The notes: generated by a model from the sequence alone, not told the origin. A stretch of 64,000 nucleotides of DNA from Eledone cirrhosa (GCA_964016885.1 OZ024746.1:81034001-81098000); one strand, 5' to 3'. Positions 25,900 through 44,137 are shown, counted from the first letter of the stretch. Made by a program: numbers and translations.

Positions 25900-26100
25900 C
25901 TCATTTAAAATTAACCCATTGATTGCCAAGCTGAACATTTCACAGCTTTGATTTTGGTTTGTTGATAAGACTTTCCCAGCCTATTCCATGATATTATCTG
26001 GCCATTTCTTTCTCTGATGTCTTTGCCTTCTTTTCTCTTGAACTGTTCCTAGGAGCACGGTCTTGGTCAATCCCTCAGATCATGTTACATTACTGTATGA
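25900..26100 (-). mobile_element. RTE (BovB-like) LINE C-terminal relic
   Basis: Reverse translation SEGLTKTVLLGTVQEKRRQRHQRKKWPDNIME. Confidence 0.55.
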
Positions 26101-26174
26101 CTGGGTCATATTATTAATCAAGAAGGGATGTTCGGCCCTTGTGGTTAATAAATGAAACCATTTATAGGCCACAA

Positions 26175-26398
26175 GGGAGGTGGATTGGCAGTATCGGTTG
26201 AGCGTCGGACACCATGCTTTGCAGCATAAAGTTATGTCCCTTTACATCCTGATTTCAAATCCCATCGAGGTTAGTTTTGCCTTTCTTCCTAAAGGGGTAG
26301 CTAAAATAGAACACCAGTAATGTACTGGGAGCAATTTAATTGACTTTCCTCCCATCCCCTTCAAATTGCTGGCCTTGTGCCTAAAGTAGAAACAATTA
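26175..26398 (+). mobile_element. SINE family A, longer variant
   Basis: GGGAGGTGGATTGGCAGTATCGG head; tail GCTGGCCTTGTGCCTAAAGTAGAAACAATT. Confidence 0.85.
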
Positions 26399-26819
26399 TC
26401 CATAAGGCTGAATAAGCTGACCCCAGAGACTACACAGGCAGTAGGCACCCATTTTCTCTGTTGTGAAGTAAAAGAAAGGGGTCCAAAATACCTGAAAGCC
26501 TGGGGGGCTCACTATAGGTCAATAAAACCCTGTTGTACCATCTCATTTTTCTTTACTATGGTTAACAGGTTTTCATAGTTGTCCATATAGTGCCTGTCTT
26601 GAAAGCTTTCTTTTAATCTCTCAAACATATTTATTAAACCAAAGGAATTAAAGCTTCCCAAGGCACTTCATATAATGAGAGAAATACAGATTTATTGAGC
26701 TGATTAAATCGTTGTAATTACAAGTAGGCCTGAATTGAATATCTTAGAATTGGCTACTAATTAAAAAAAATCTGATTTTGTTTAAATGAAACATAATATG
26801 CGTAAACTAATTAAACATC

Positions 26820-26934
26820 TGAATGTATGTATGTATATATGTATGTATGTATATGTGATGTGTGTATGTATGTATTTGTGTGTGTATGTATGCATGTGTA
26901 TATGTATGTGTGTGTATGTATGTGTATATGTATG

Positions 26935-26971
<37 letters not shown>

Positions 26972-27240
26972 ATGTGTATATGTATATATATATATATGTA
27001 TGTGTGTGTGTATGTAAGTATGTATGCATACATGTATGTGAGTATGTGTGTATGTTTGTTTGTATGTGTGCATGAGTGTGTGTACATATGTATGTATATA
27101 TTATGTGTATGCGTTTATGTATGTATGCATGCATACATACATAATACATACACTCACACACGCACATACATACACACACACATACATACACATATAAATA
27201 AATAGATACACATATGTGTGTTGCACATATGTATAGTTGT
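26820..27240. repeat. Compound (TATG)/(TG)/(TA)/(CA) microsatellite
   Basis: Direct reading. Confidence 0.9.
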
Positions 27241-27525
27241 GTGTTGTTCTCTTGTATTCCTAATAGTATGGTCTTTTCCTTCTTTTTCTAACAGAGAACT
27301 GGAGAGGTATGTGAGGTGGGGGAAATAGGGTTAAAGTGAAATTAGGCAATGTAATGTAATAGAAACTTATTTCCGGTAAATGCCACCATAGAATAACAAA
27401 TAATAACAATAATAATCAATGTGGCAACTCTGACTGAAACGATACATGATACATGGTAGCGAGGTTATGTACTTGAACTCATCTATGGAGGATTTCTGTT
27501 GGTCTAATATAAACACACACACACA

Positions 27526-27601
<76 letters not shown>

Positions 27602-28272
27602 ATATTTGTATTAATCTCCAGAGTCTAGCTATTGACCAGTTAATTTTCTTGTTTTTTTTTAGTTAATTCTATTGACTGATTAATAGCTCTTGTTAATTTT
27701 AAAACCATTCTGTTGAGAGCTTAATTCGTTTTGTGATATTTTGCAATTTTGCAATAACACACAGACTGAATTCATCTGCCAAAACTAAGGGTTGCCCCCC
27801 TTGTCAAGCCCCACGTGGGTTTTGATAATGGTCAGTCCTTGGCTTGGCACTGAACTAAAAGCCTGTTGAAAAAGTGACTTCCTTGCTCAATCATCATACC
27901 AAAAGCTTAACATTATTTGTCTAAGCCGACAGTACTTGATTTAGGAGTTGCAGAAACCCAATACTGGATATTACCAGCCTTCCAGGGGTCCAGGTATAAT
28001 TTTCAATCATATTTTATTTGTTTGACCCGAATTACTTGGTCGTTTCTATGGCTGTGCGGATAATGGTTTAACCATCGTCTCAGTGTGTTTGGCCTTTTAA
28101 CTTATGTTGTTGCTCTAGTTCACTAGCTTCTATGGAGCGCTTGCCATACATCTCGGAAGTTGTTTTTCGCTAATTTCCAATAGCCGAAATACGATTCTCG
28201 TTAATTTATATATATATATATAAAATAAAGTAAAATAAAAAGTCAAATGTTTAAAATTTAGCTTCGTTTATT

Positions 28273-28327
28273 ACTGCTATATATATTTCGGTGACAGCCA
28301 CCTTTGGCTGTGACCTCTTCAGGCAGT
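28273..28327 (-). ncRNA. Minimal type I hammerhead ribozyme, intact catalytic core
   Basis: Minus strand reads ACTGC-CTGAAGA-GGTcACAGCCA aagg TGGCTGTcACC-GAAA-T atat A-TA-GCAGT: stem I 5 bp, stem II 10 bp with one mismatch, 2 bp stem III with palindromic loop, AUA triplet; AATAAA follows immediately. Confidence 0.8.
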
Positions 28328-28443
28328 CCAAATTAGTGTGGTATAGACAAGTACATATGTTGTTGAGGTGTATAATTTTGTCAATACTCTGATATGCCCA
28401 GTTCCTGGTTGGGTTGTTATTTCACTGAGGAACTGGAATCATA

Positions 28444-28479
<36 letters not shown>

Positions 28480-28570
28480 TATAGTAATAATAATAAATTT
28501 GAAGACTAAAATCCAAAGAGTGCTCGATAGGGATAAATATATATCAAATATATAAGAACCGTAGAGCAAA

Positions 28571-28690
28571 TATTTATTAAAATAACAGATTAAAGTTTAA
28601 GTAAAGAATCGCTGCTTTCAACAGAAGATCCCGTTAAGGGTGAAAGCAGCGATTCTTTGCATAAACTTTAATCTGTTATTTTAATAAATA
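28571..28690. repeat. 50 bp inverted repeat with 20 nt spacer
   Basis: 28571-28620 and 28641-28690 are reverse complements with 2 mismatches; the right arm and flank recur at ~29260-29370. Confidence 0.9.
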
Positions 28691-28729
28691 AATATATATA
28701 TATAGAGAGAGAGAGAGATAAAAATAGAC

Positions 28730-29250
28730 AGTAGCCACGGAGTAGGCAGACTCAGAAAAACCTGGGACGACTTGATAAATTCCGACCTCACACACTTACA
28801 CCTCTCCAAGGCAATGTCACTGGACCGAGATCTTTGGCGCTACACAGTAATAAAGAAGACCCGCCTTGCCTAAGTACAAAGCGAAACCTACAGTCAGTAG
28901 GCACCTCTAACAAAAATACACCCCGTCCCACTACCCCCACCCCATCCACACCACCCCTTTCAATGTAAAGTTATGTTGGTACCACAACATCCAGTCTGAT
29001 ACAAATGAGGTCGTGTAGGATTCACGACAAAAAAAAAACACAGTCCACGCTGTAATGTGGCTGTGTAGGTAACACGGTAAAAATCTCCCAGTCCACACTG
29101 TAAACGTGGTTGGTGTTAGGAAGGGCATCCAGCCGTAGAAAACCTGCCAGACAGTCCTATACGAGCAAGACAACAATCTTGCCTCAAGTGAGAAAATTCC
29201 CATCCAAACCCATGCTAGTGTGGAAGATGGACGTTAAACGATGATGATGA
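28730..29250 (+). mobile_element. RTE LINE 3' end (last codons + 3'UTR + (GAT)n)
   Basis: HGVGRLRKTWDDLINSDLTHLHLSKAMSLDRDLWRY...KKTRLA* matches the C-terminus of ORF 52082-52660; 3'UTR matches 51663-52080 and 60745-61250. Confidence 0.85.
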
Positions 29251-29366
29251 TATATATATATAATAATAAATTTGAAGACTAAAATCCAAAGAGGGCTCGA
29301 TAAGAGATCCCGTTAAGGGTGAAAGCAGCGATTCTTTGCTTAAACTTTAATTTGTTATTTTAATAA

Positions 29367-33970
<4,604 letters not shown>

Positions 33971-34104
33971 GTAGATAAATCTACCAAGAGTTTACGGTAG
34001 TGTCCAATCCGTATGAAGAACTCAATGTAATCCGGATATCATGGAAAGAAGAGATGCAATGAAAAATCACTTTCGGTGAAAGATAAACGGAATACAGAGT
34101 CAAG

Positions 34105-34626
<522 letters not shown>

Positions 34627-34645
34627 ATATATATAATATATATCT

Positions 34646-34707
<62 letters not shown>

Positions 34708-34726
34708 ATATATATAATATATATCT

Positions 34727-34774
<48 letters not shown>

Positions 34775-34775
<1 letters not shown>

Positions 34776-36352
34776 TCTATCTATCTATCTATCTAAGGCG
34801 GGTAAAATTTCCGAGATCCATGGACGAGTTCTCTCCAGCGGTCTCTGTCCCTCATTATCGCTGCCATATCCTGCATCTCCAACAGACCAGTGTCTGTCCT
34901 TAGAGGCATCAACATATGTTAACCTTGGTCTTCCTCTTCTAGTGTGTCCATGTAGGGGCTCCCAAAGGAGCACTGAGTGCAATGTCAACTCTGGATGTCG
35001 GTGAGCATGTCCAGCCAACCTCAGTCTCCTCTTTGTCACTTTTGAGCTGACTTTTGGGATGCTCCCATACAGCATTGAGTTTTTCATCCTCAGTGTATAC
35101 TGATTAATGTTCAGAGCCATCCTCAGCATTCTCGTGTAGCACCCATCCACCATCTGAGTGAGTCTCTTGGTCAGTGTCCAAGTCTCAGACCCACACAGCA
35201 GTACAGACTCCACTACAGCAATGAAGAGGCGGATTTTCAGGTCTCTACGAAGGTCCGACCTCCACACCGATCTCAAGCTGTGACACGCCGCCCAGGCCTT
35301 GCTCTTCCTTTCAACCACATCATCTTCCGTATTCCCAATCTTTGCTCCCAAATACAGGAAGTCCTCAACCAATTCCAGCGGCTTTCCGCCTACATTAGTG
35401 ATCCCCTCTGGCTTTCCCCATTCTCTACCAGATATTTTGTTTTAGTCTCATTCATTCTCAGCCCCACACTCATCGACACAGTCTCAACCTCCCGCATCAA
35501 ATCCTCTGCCCCCTTCTCTGTATTTGTCACCAAAACTATGTCGTCGGCAAATTCAGCATCCGATACCTTTTTCGCCCCAACTCTCCTGCTCTGAGCCGGT
35601 GCTACAGTAAAGGCAGAGTCCTGGTGTTTCTCCAGTGCAAGGCGCATACAATAGTCCACTACGATGATAAAAAGGTAGGGAGCCAATGTATCTCCCTGGA
35701 GCACTCCAGCCAGTATCTCAAAGAACTCTGTCATCCCATCAGGTGTAATGACTTGGGCTTTGGTGTTGGTGTAGAGCAGTGATATCAGGTCCACTATCCT
35801 TTTGGGATTCCATAAGCCTGTAAGATCTTCATCAGGCAGTAACGGTCCACAGAATCAAACGCCTTCCTAAAGTCAATGAAAACCATGACCGCAGGAAGGC
35901 ACTTTGCTCTAGCTCCCTCTAATATCCTCCTCAGCATCAGGATGTGACTGGTGGTTGATCTACCCTCTCTGAAGCCGTTCTGGTTGTGCCTGAGCTTCTT
36001 CTCCATCTCAGGCTGGATCCTGTTAAGAATCATCCTGTTGAGGGTCTTTACCACAAGTGACGTCAGTGAGATCCCCGGTAGTTGTTGGTGTTAGAGAGAT
36101 CTCCCTTCTTTGGCACTGGGACGATGTTACTGATCCTCCACTGATTCGGGGCAACTCCTTTCTCCAGTGCCCCGTTACAGAACCCCAGGATAATATCATC
36201 AAAATCACACCTCTTCATCACCTCTGATGCCACTCCATCTTCTCCATGAGCCTTGCCCTCCTTGATCTTCTTCTTGGCTCTCTGAAGCTCCTCTCTGGTG
36301 AAGGGCTCTGTCTCAACATCCAGTTCCTCAAACAGCCGCCTGATCTCCCAGA
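34775..36352 (-). mobile_element. RTE-clade LINE, 5'-truncated and frameshifted RT, inserted in (TA)n
   Basis: ORFs 35794-36054 (QNGFREGRST, FIDFRKAFDSV), 35390-35794 (GVLQGDTLAPYLF, EFADDI) and 34785-35372 (FLYLG, GSETWTL, RRLRLAGH, RGRP); (GATA)n tail. Confidence 0.9.
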
Positions 36353-36753
36353 GATATAATATATATTTATAATATATATATAATATATATTTATAATATA
36401 TATATAATATATATTTATAATATATATATAATATATATTTATAATATATATATAATATATATTTATAATATATATATATAATATATATATATAATATATA
36501 TTTATAATATATATATTTATAATATATATATTTATAATATATATATTTATAATATATATATTTATAATATATATATTTATAATATATATATTATATATAT
36601 ATTTATAATATATATTTATAATATATATTTATAATATATATATATAATATATATATAATATATATATAATATATATATAATATATATATAATATATATAA
36701 TATATATATAATATATATATAATATATATATAATATATATATAATATATATAT

Positions 36754-36799
<46 letters not shown>

Positions 36800-37463
36800 T
36801 ATAATATATATATAATATATATATAATATATATATAATATATATATAATATATATATAATATATATATAATATATATATAATATATATATAATATATATA
36901 TAATATATATATAATATATATATAATATATATATAATATATATATAATATATATATAATATATATATAATATATATATAATATATATATAATATATATAT
37001 AATATATATATAATATATATATAATATATATATAATATATATATAATATATATATAATATATATATAATATATATATAATATATATATAATATATATATA
37101 TAATATATATATAATATATATATATAATATATATATAATATATATATAATATATATAATATATATATAATATATATAATATATATATAATATATATATAA
37201 TATATATATAATATATATATATAATATATATATATAATATATATATAATATATATATATAATATATATATAATATATATATATAATATATATATATAATA
37301 TATATATATAATATATATAATATATATATAATATATATATAATATATATAATATATATATATAATATATATATATAATATATATATATAATATATATATA
37401 TAATATATATATATAATATATATATATAATATATATATATAATATATATATAATATATATATA
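36353..37463. repeat. Interrupted (TA)n array (TAAT-type interruptions)
   Basis: Direct reading. Confidence 0.95.
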
Positions 37464-37541
37464 ATTGTTTCTACTTTAGGCACAAGGCCAGCAATTACCC
37501 AGTGCATTACTGGTACTTTATTTTATATATAATATATATAT

Positions 37542-37578
<37 letters not shown>

Positions 37579-37918
37579 GGCACATGGCTTAGTGGTTAGA
37601 GCATTGGCATTGCAATCGAAAGGTTGTAAGTTCAATTCTCAGACCGGGTGATGTGTTGTTTCCTTGAGCAAGACACTTTATTTCACGCTGCTCCAGTTTA
37701 CTCAGCTGTAGAAATGAGATGATAGGGACTGGGGGTCCATATCATTCCACTGCAAAGTGGTCGTGGAGGTGCCACGGCAAAAAAGCACCCAGCACTCACT
37801 GTAAATGAGGTTGGTGTTAGGAAGGGCATCCAGCTATAGAAATCAAGCCAGAATCAGTTCCCGTCCCACCCTTGCAAGCAGGGAAAAGCGAACATAAAAT
37901 GATGATGATGATGATGAT
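37579..37918 (+). mobile_element. Composite SINE: family B tRNA-like head + central GGAAGGGCATCCAGC domain + RTE-derived 3' tail
   Basis: A box TGGCTTAGTGG, B box AGTTCAATTC; ends CCCGTCCCACCCTTGCAAGCAGGGAAAAGCGAAC.TAAAATGATGATG, near identical to the RTE ends at 14960, 18160, 61330. Confidence 0.75.
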
Positions 37919-38744
37919 ATCTGTCTCACACACACACACACTCTCTCTCACCGTGCACACACACATACACACTCACCCAAGTACACATACACACACACTC
38001 ACCCAAGCACACACACACACTCACCCAAGCAAACATAGATACACTCTCTCTCACACACGCGCACTCATAGTCACATACACACACAGACACACACATTAAT
38101 TCACTCAAGCACACACACATACACACTAATTCACCCAAGCACACACACATACTCTCTTTCTCTCACACACACACATGGTCATATTCACTCATTCACACAC
38201 AAACGCTCACACATGCACAACTTGCATGCAAACACCCCCAACATATTAGTATTTTGAACTAATTAATGAAAATGCTAAGCAAAATAAATAAATATATACA
38301 CATATATATATATGTGCTACTGTGTGTGTGTTTGTGAAACAATAAGCAAGGTGGTAGATTGGCAAAATCATTTGAACGTGAGGACAAAATTCTTTATGAG
38401 CAGGACCTATAAGAAGGAAGTTCAGTCAGTACATTGGTCTAAGGAAGGGCAGAAGAATCAAATGGCCCCCATCACCTTTTTTCATGAATAAATGGCACCT
38501 TCCTTTAAAAAACACCCTTCTCACTCTCTCTCAAAGACCCTAGCAATAGTCTTGTTCCATCATGGAAACCCTGCTAGCAAGTATACTCTTATGCCCCTTT
38601 TATATTCTGTGTTCAAATCAACTCAACTATTACCTCTCATCTCTTCGGGTGTTGATAAAATAAACTATACCCTCACACAAAATGTGTGACCCTTTGCTAA
38701 TGTATAAAATTGTTATGTATGCATATGCATATATATATGTATCA

Positions 38745-39000
38745 CCATCATTTTTATGTCTGCTTTTCAATGCTTGCATGGGTTGGATGGGTCTATTCCA
38801 TCACAGCATTCTGCTACTTGTGTGCTTTATTTCCTCTGTGAGGTTCAGCTTTTTGAGATCCAATCACACCACCTCTGCCCAAGTCTTCCTTGGTCTTCTA
38901 CTGCAGATCCCTTCCTCTAAGAACTCCTGACATTTCTTCACCCAATGATCATTATCCATATGCATCACATGTCCATACCAGCCCAGTCTTCTCTCTTGCA
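38745..39000 (-). mobile_element. Degenerate RTE LINE 3' fragment
   Basis: CACCACCTCTGCCCAAGTCTTCCTTGGTCT and GCATCACATGTCCATACCAG match 15090-15220. Confidence 0.65.
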
Positions 39001-40192
39001 CATGTAACTTACGCACATATACATAGTTTTATAAATGGTAATACAAAAGATTTCTGAAATCAAAAGATCAGGTCACTTATCAAAAAGCATTAAGTCCAAC
39101 TTTACTTTTCCACACATCTCTGTTACAATCATTATTGTCATTGTCATCATCCTCATTATGTATCAATTTTCGATGCTTGCATAAATTGGACAAGTTGTTT
39201 TGGCTCAAGTTAGTTTTTATTCAGAGTTACTTCCCACCTAGACAGGACTGGAAAACATGTCATGCTCATACATTCCCATTTTTGACATTGTTTCTACAAC
39301 CAAATGCCATTCCTCAAACCAACTTCGTTACAGTGTGTACTGGGTGTATTTTATTGTGGCACAAGTTCTAGAAACCTTGTGAAATTCATGTCATGACTAA
39401 AAGGTCCTCTCTACCCTACATTGTCTCCCTTTGATCATCAAACACTTTACAGAGTGCACTGAGTGTATATTATTGTAGCCCCAGCACAGTTTCTTACATT
39501 AGTACAAAGAAGCAAATTTATTGAGGAAGAAGTATAGTTGTTTGAATTGACTCCAGTAATTTACCTGGTAAATGTGGGTATTGTTAACCCTAGAAAGATA
39601 ATTGTGCAAGGTCTTACCAGGTAGAATTTTAACTAAATACTGTGTAGTGTGGTTAGTCTTGGTTGCTATCATTTCTGACACTCCAATAAGAATGATTCCA
39701 TACAAATGCATGATACCTCAATTTTATAGAAGAAAGAAAATATGACATCAATTCCAGTTCCAAAGAACAGAAAAGAAGTTCCAACTAAATGACCTTGTCT
39801 CCCATCTCTTCTCTTCACACTTCTCCCTCCTATTCCATATTTCTCTACCTCATTTAGAATGAAGGACTTTAATATAATAAACTACTTATCTATTATTCTG
39901 TTAAGTTTCCTCTGATGAAGCATGACAATGTAGAAACGAGATTGTCTGCATATATAGGCTTAAAAGAAATAGAAAATTAATAAAATAAAATTTTACAAAT
40001 TATGTTTTGCATCTTCATCTATTTCTCTCTATTGTAAAAGAAACTACTTCTATTTGAATAAACAAAAACAGGTCATATAAAAATTGGTATATATAGTAAT
40101 TAAAGATTTTATTGTATAGCAGTGCATTCTCATTGAACCAGTTTTTATTTAGTCATTCAAAAAGCATTAAGTCCAACTTTACTTTTCCAGGC

Positions 40193-40223
<31 letters not shown>

Positions 40224-40914
40224 CATATATGTGTGTGTGTAAAGTACTTAGCCAATTGATACTCTGAAGATGCTTACTGATGACACCTTATAAGTACCAT
40301 ATAAACAGAAGTTTCCCCTTTCTCGTTATTTCATTTTTTTTACAAGTAGACATGTAAATAAAGTGGGGAGAAAAGACCACTCAACAAAAATAGATAAATC
40401 ATATAATAATAGTTATGAGTGAAAAATATATACTTAAACTTACAACTATATAATGAATTGACAAATATAGTACAGAACTTGTAGATATTTTCACTTCTTG
40501 TGAAACTTTATATAATGTTTTGTTTGTTAGTTATATAGTCATTTGTTTAAGGAACAAGGAATAGTTTTAGAAATTTATAAACAAAAAATAATGCTGAATA
40601 CAATGTGTAAATCTTAGTCCAAGAAAAATCTAGACTAAAGGAAATTTCTGAGAAAATTCTCAAGTTGCTAGGATATATCTAATATCTGGTTTGTTATTTT
40701 TATTTATTTTTATATCTATTGCATATTTTTATTTATTAACTTCCTTTTTCTCATTGTTTCAAAATTTTAATTCTCTTATCTTTTTTGTTTATTCTTTTTC
40801 TCGTCTCATCCACACATCAAATATTTTCATTCTTTCAGGCATGTAACATTTATGGAGAAGACATGGATATTGGGATTTAAATTACACTGAAAATATACAC
40901 ACAAACCAATTAAA

Positions 40915-42589
40915 ATGGCAAGCAGTGGTCCTCCATCTGTTTTGGACAGGCGCTCCCCTCATCCAGACAGTAAACTTGTTGTTGATAGGATTACTCGTCG
41001 ACGAAGTCCAGTACGTACCAATAGAGGACCAACCAATGACGAAGTGCACTCTCGCATCGCACAACCATACCGAACCAGTTTTTCTGCAGTTGTTTCTCTT
41101 CCACGTGTAAGAAAGACATCCAATGAAGTTCTTGCTGCAAACCTTGCTCTAGAAAGATCTCGTTCCGATCAAGGTAGTGTTAGCTCAAAGAGTTCTCGTC
41201 GCGGTGTTAGTCCTCGACATGTGAGATATGATGACAACGTACGAGTTAGACATTCAGATACTGAAGACAGTTTAATGACCAGCCTCAGTGGTCAAGAATC
41301 TAGCTATAGTCCTCTTGAATCTCCACGAGACAGCTCTGATATATTATCTCCAATTTCTGCAATGTCCTCAGAATCTGAAAGGAGTTGTCCACAACTAGTT
41401 GTTCCCTCAACTGGAACACTAACAAATAAACCCATTCACCAAGAAACTTTAAGGGGAATCCGTAAGGGCTGTGAAAATAATACGCTCCACCCAGGGGATC
41501 GGTTGACCCCAAATAACAGTGTAAGCTTTCTAAACACTGAATCTCCAGCACATGGTGGAGATTCAGGTGTTGGCACAGATGTTGACAGTCAACGAGAAAA
41601 ATCCAGCAAATTGAATATAAATAAAGATTATGTTTATGATAGAACTATCAGTTATCGCATGGCGATCCAAGCTCAATATTCTGATGAAGTAAAAAGACTT
41701 GCTGAAGCCAAAGTTGTTGAAAAAACTCCTGAAGAAGCCGACGTTTCAAATCCTGATCTGAAAAAAAGCGAGGTTTGTGCTCAATCATCTATACCTTCCT
41801 CGCAGTCAAATGACTCCCAAAAATCAACAACACAAGCTGCAGAACCTAAGCGCAATGATGCACATTTCTTGAGTCATGCCAAGAAATCACTTAGTACTAG
41901 CATGGGGAACTTTTTCCGACGTCTCTCACCAAATGTGAGGAGGCGAACAAAACACCACAAGAGAAACTCATCTACAGAAGGGAGTGCACAAAGCTTAAAC
42001 ACAAGTGATTCATGTTCTATTGAAAGTGATCCTTCAGGACATCCTGTCCACCGTTCGAATAGCAAGAGCAGGCGATCATTCATGAAATTCTTTGGAAAAA
42101 TCCATCATCGAAATAAATCTCACAGCTTAAGATCTGTAGGGGATCGCAAACCATCAAAAGATGATTTGGAATGCTCACAGTCTCAAGATATCAAACAGTT
42201 TGATCCCTCTACCCAACGGATTCTCAAATCTATTGAACAGAACTCTATGTCAGATAAAACTATTTATCAAAAATTCAAAGCAAAACAACCTTCAAATCAC
42301 ACAGCAGAAACTGGTAACAAAAGTCAGGCTGTAAGGCCACTGCAAGCAACAAGTAAAACATTGAACAATAGTCCTTCTGGAGCAAATCAAAAGAACAAAG
42401 AAAATGAACTAAAGGCAATGTCCCTTCCTTTGAAAACTTCTCTTGTTGAAGAGAATGAACTGGAAGCCAATGTGAGTCCACAGAGCAATGCTAGCACAGC
42501 TGGAGCCGCTTCATCTGTTTATGCCACTTCCTCTCTCTCAGATCAGAACCAGTCTATAGATGATTTCTCATTGGCTGTTCACACACCAG
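40915..42589 (+). CDS. Large coding exon (558 codons + 1 nt) of an unidentified host gene; Ser-rich, probably disordered N-terminal region
   Basis: 570-codon non-repetitive ORF with raised GC; long polypyrimidine tract and TTTCAG acceptor at 40838; in-frame TGA upstream (40888) and AAAATGG start context; perfect CAG|GTAAGT donor after 42589. Confidence 0.85.
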
Positions 42590-42869
42590 GTAAGTGTAGA
42601 GCAATATTTGCAATCTGTGCTTATTGAACCTTGCACCACTGCACCTCATAATTCTTTTATTCTCACGTACACATATTTTTATTTTATTTCCTAGTAGATT
42701 TATTTTGTTATATTTATAAGATCCTTCTGTTAAATATTACTGAAAAGATTTAAAGTAACAAAGATTTAGAAACAAACTTTAGTTCTCAAACACTTTACTA
42801 ATATTTTATATTATATTTTAATCATTATACTATATTTTAATGATTCAGAACTGTAAAAATAACCATGAG

Positions 42870-43075
42870 TTGTTGTTGTTGTTGTTGTTTATCCCCAGGT
42901 CAACCCTGATTAAGTAGACCTGTAGTCAAATGTTAACTTTCTATATACATGTATTTTAACTTTGTTCACTATGTATATTAACTCTAAAAAGATGGGATGG
43001 CCATGACTAGAATGCCTTTGCTCATAAGTTTGTGCATTTAGGACCATTTGAGGCTAAACAACAATAACAATAGCA
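42870..43075. repeat. Inverted pair of a dispersed repeat ((GTT)n-TA.CCCCAGGTCA.CCCTGAT... family)
   Basis: 42870-42932 forward and 42990-43075 reverse; related fragments at ~125-200 and ~18560-18605. Confidence 0.5.
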
Positions 43076-43759
43076 GCAACTTTACACTCATATAGCTCTG
43101 CACTTCATCTTAACTTCTCATTTCTTGTCTTCATAATATTTAGTAATATATATATCTTTGGAAAAATAGGGTCCTGTTAGAAAATAAAATACGTTGAAAT
43201 TTTTAGTTATCCAAGGGGAATTTAGACCATTTAAAATAAATATCTATGATTTGTTGTTTTTGATGTCTTGACTTATAAGCTGTTTCCCAAATTAAACATT
43301 GTAGGTATACAAATTTCATTCTTTCACAGTATTTTTAAACTTTGTCTTTCCTCTTTTCTGGCTTGATAAATAAAGTACCAGTCTAGGGGTGGTGGATTAT
43401 CAGAATTGTTTAAGAATCAGACAGGATGCTTTGCTGTATCTGATCCAGCTTTGTGCATTCTGAGTTCCAGTCTCATCACCTTCTGCAGGGAGTTACAATT
43501 GGCAAATAGAATCAGCAATGTGAAGACCTATGGAAATATAGTTTTCTTGGTCCAATCTGATGATCAGCTCGTTCTCCTTATTAACTTTCACACTAAAGAA
43601 ATATAATATATGTTTAGATTTTCATGTTCAATTTATTAATATTTTATATATTCATCATTTTACATTCGGTTTTTCTTGCATGAGATAAGTTTTTCATTCA
43701 GTTATAATGTGTTTAAGGAATTTTCAGTAATTTTATCCATTAATAACATTAACAGCAAC

Positions 43760-43975
43760 AGTGGATTAGCAATATCGGCAGAGTGCTGAACAAAATGCTT
43801 TGCAACATTTAGTTATGATTTTCTATGAACTAAGTTCAAATCCTGCCATGGTCAACTTTGCCTTTCATCCTTCTGGGGTCAATTAAATATAGTAGCAGTT
43901 AAGTACTAAAGTCAATATAATCAACTTTCCCCTTACCCCAAATTGATGGCCTTGTGACAATGTTAGAAAGAATTT
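43760..43975 (+). mobile_element. SINE family A, diverged
   Basis: GTGGATTAGCAATATCGG head, AGTTCAAATCC B box, GCCTTTCATCCTTCTGGGGTC domain. Confidence 0.75.
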
Positions 43976-44137
43976 ACAGCAAAATTTATAGCAACAATCC
44001 TGGAAAAAGATAGACTCATACTTTGATTATGGAAGTTTACTTGGAGTCAACATTCCTACAAAATATTTGTACATTGTGATGTCTTGTATGAAAGGGAGAA
44101 TATTGTAATATTAATAGCATTATAAATACCCACCCAA

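Noticed and set aside
27700-28200. Possible Penelope coding sequence next to the intact hammerhead
   Set aside because: No ORF of 60 aa or more and no RT or GIY-YIG motif recognisable by eye; left unassigned.
40258-40315. CTGAAGA/CTGATGA with a short stem
   Set aside because: No GAAA or NUH in register.
42590-42627. C-terminal end of the 570 aa ORF (KCRAIFAICAY)
   Set aside because: Lies beyond a perfect CAG|GTAAGT donor; most likely intron read-through.
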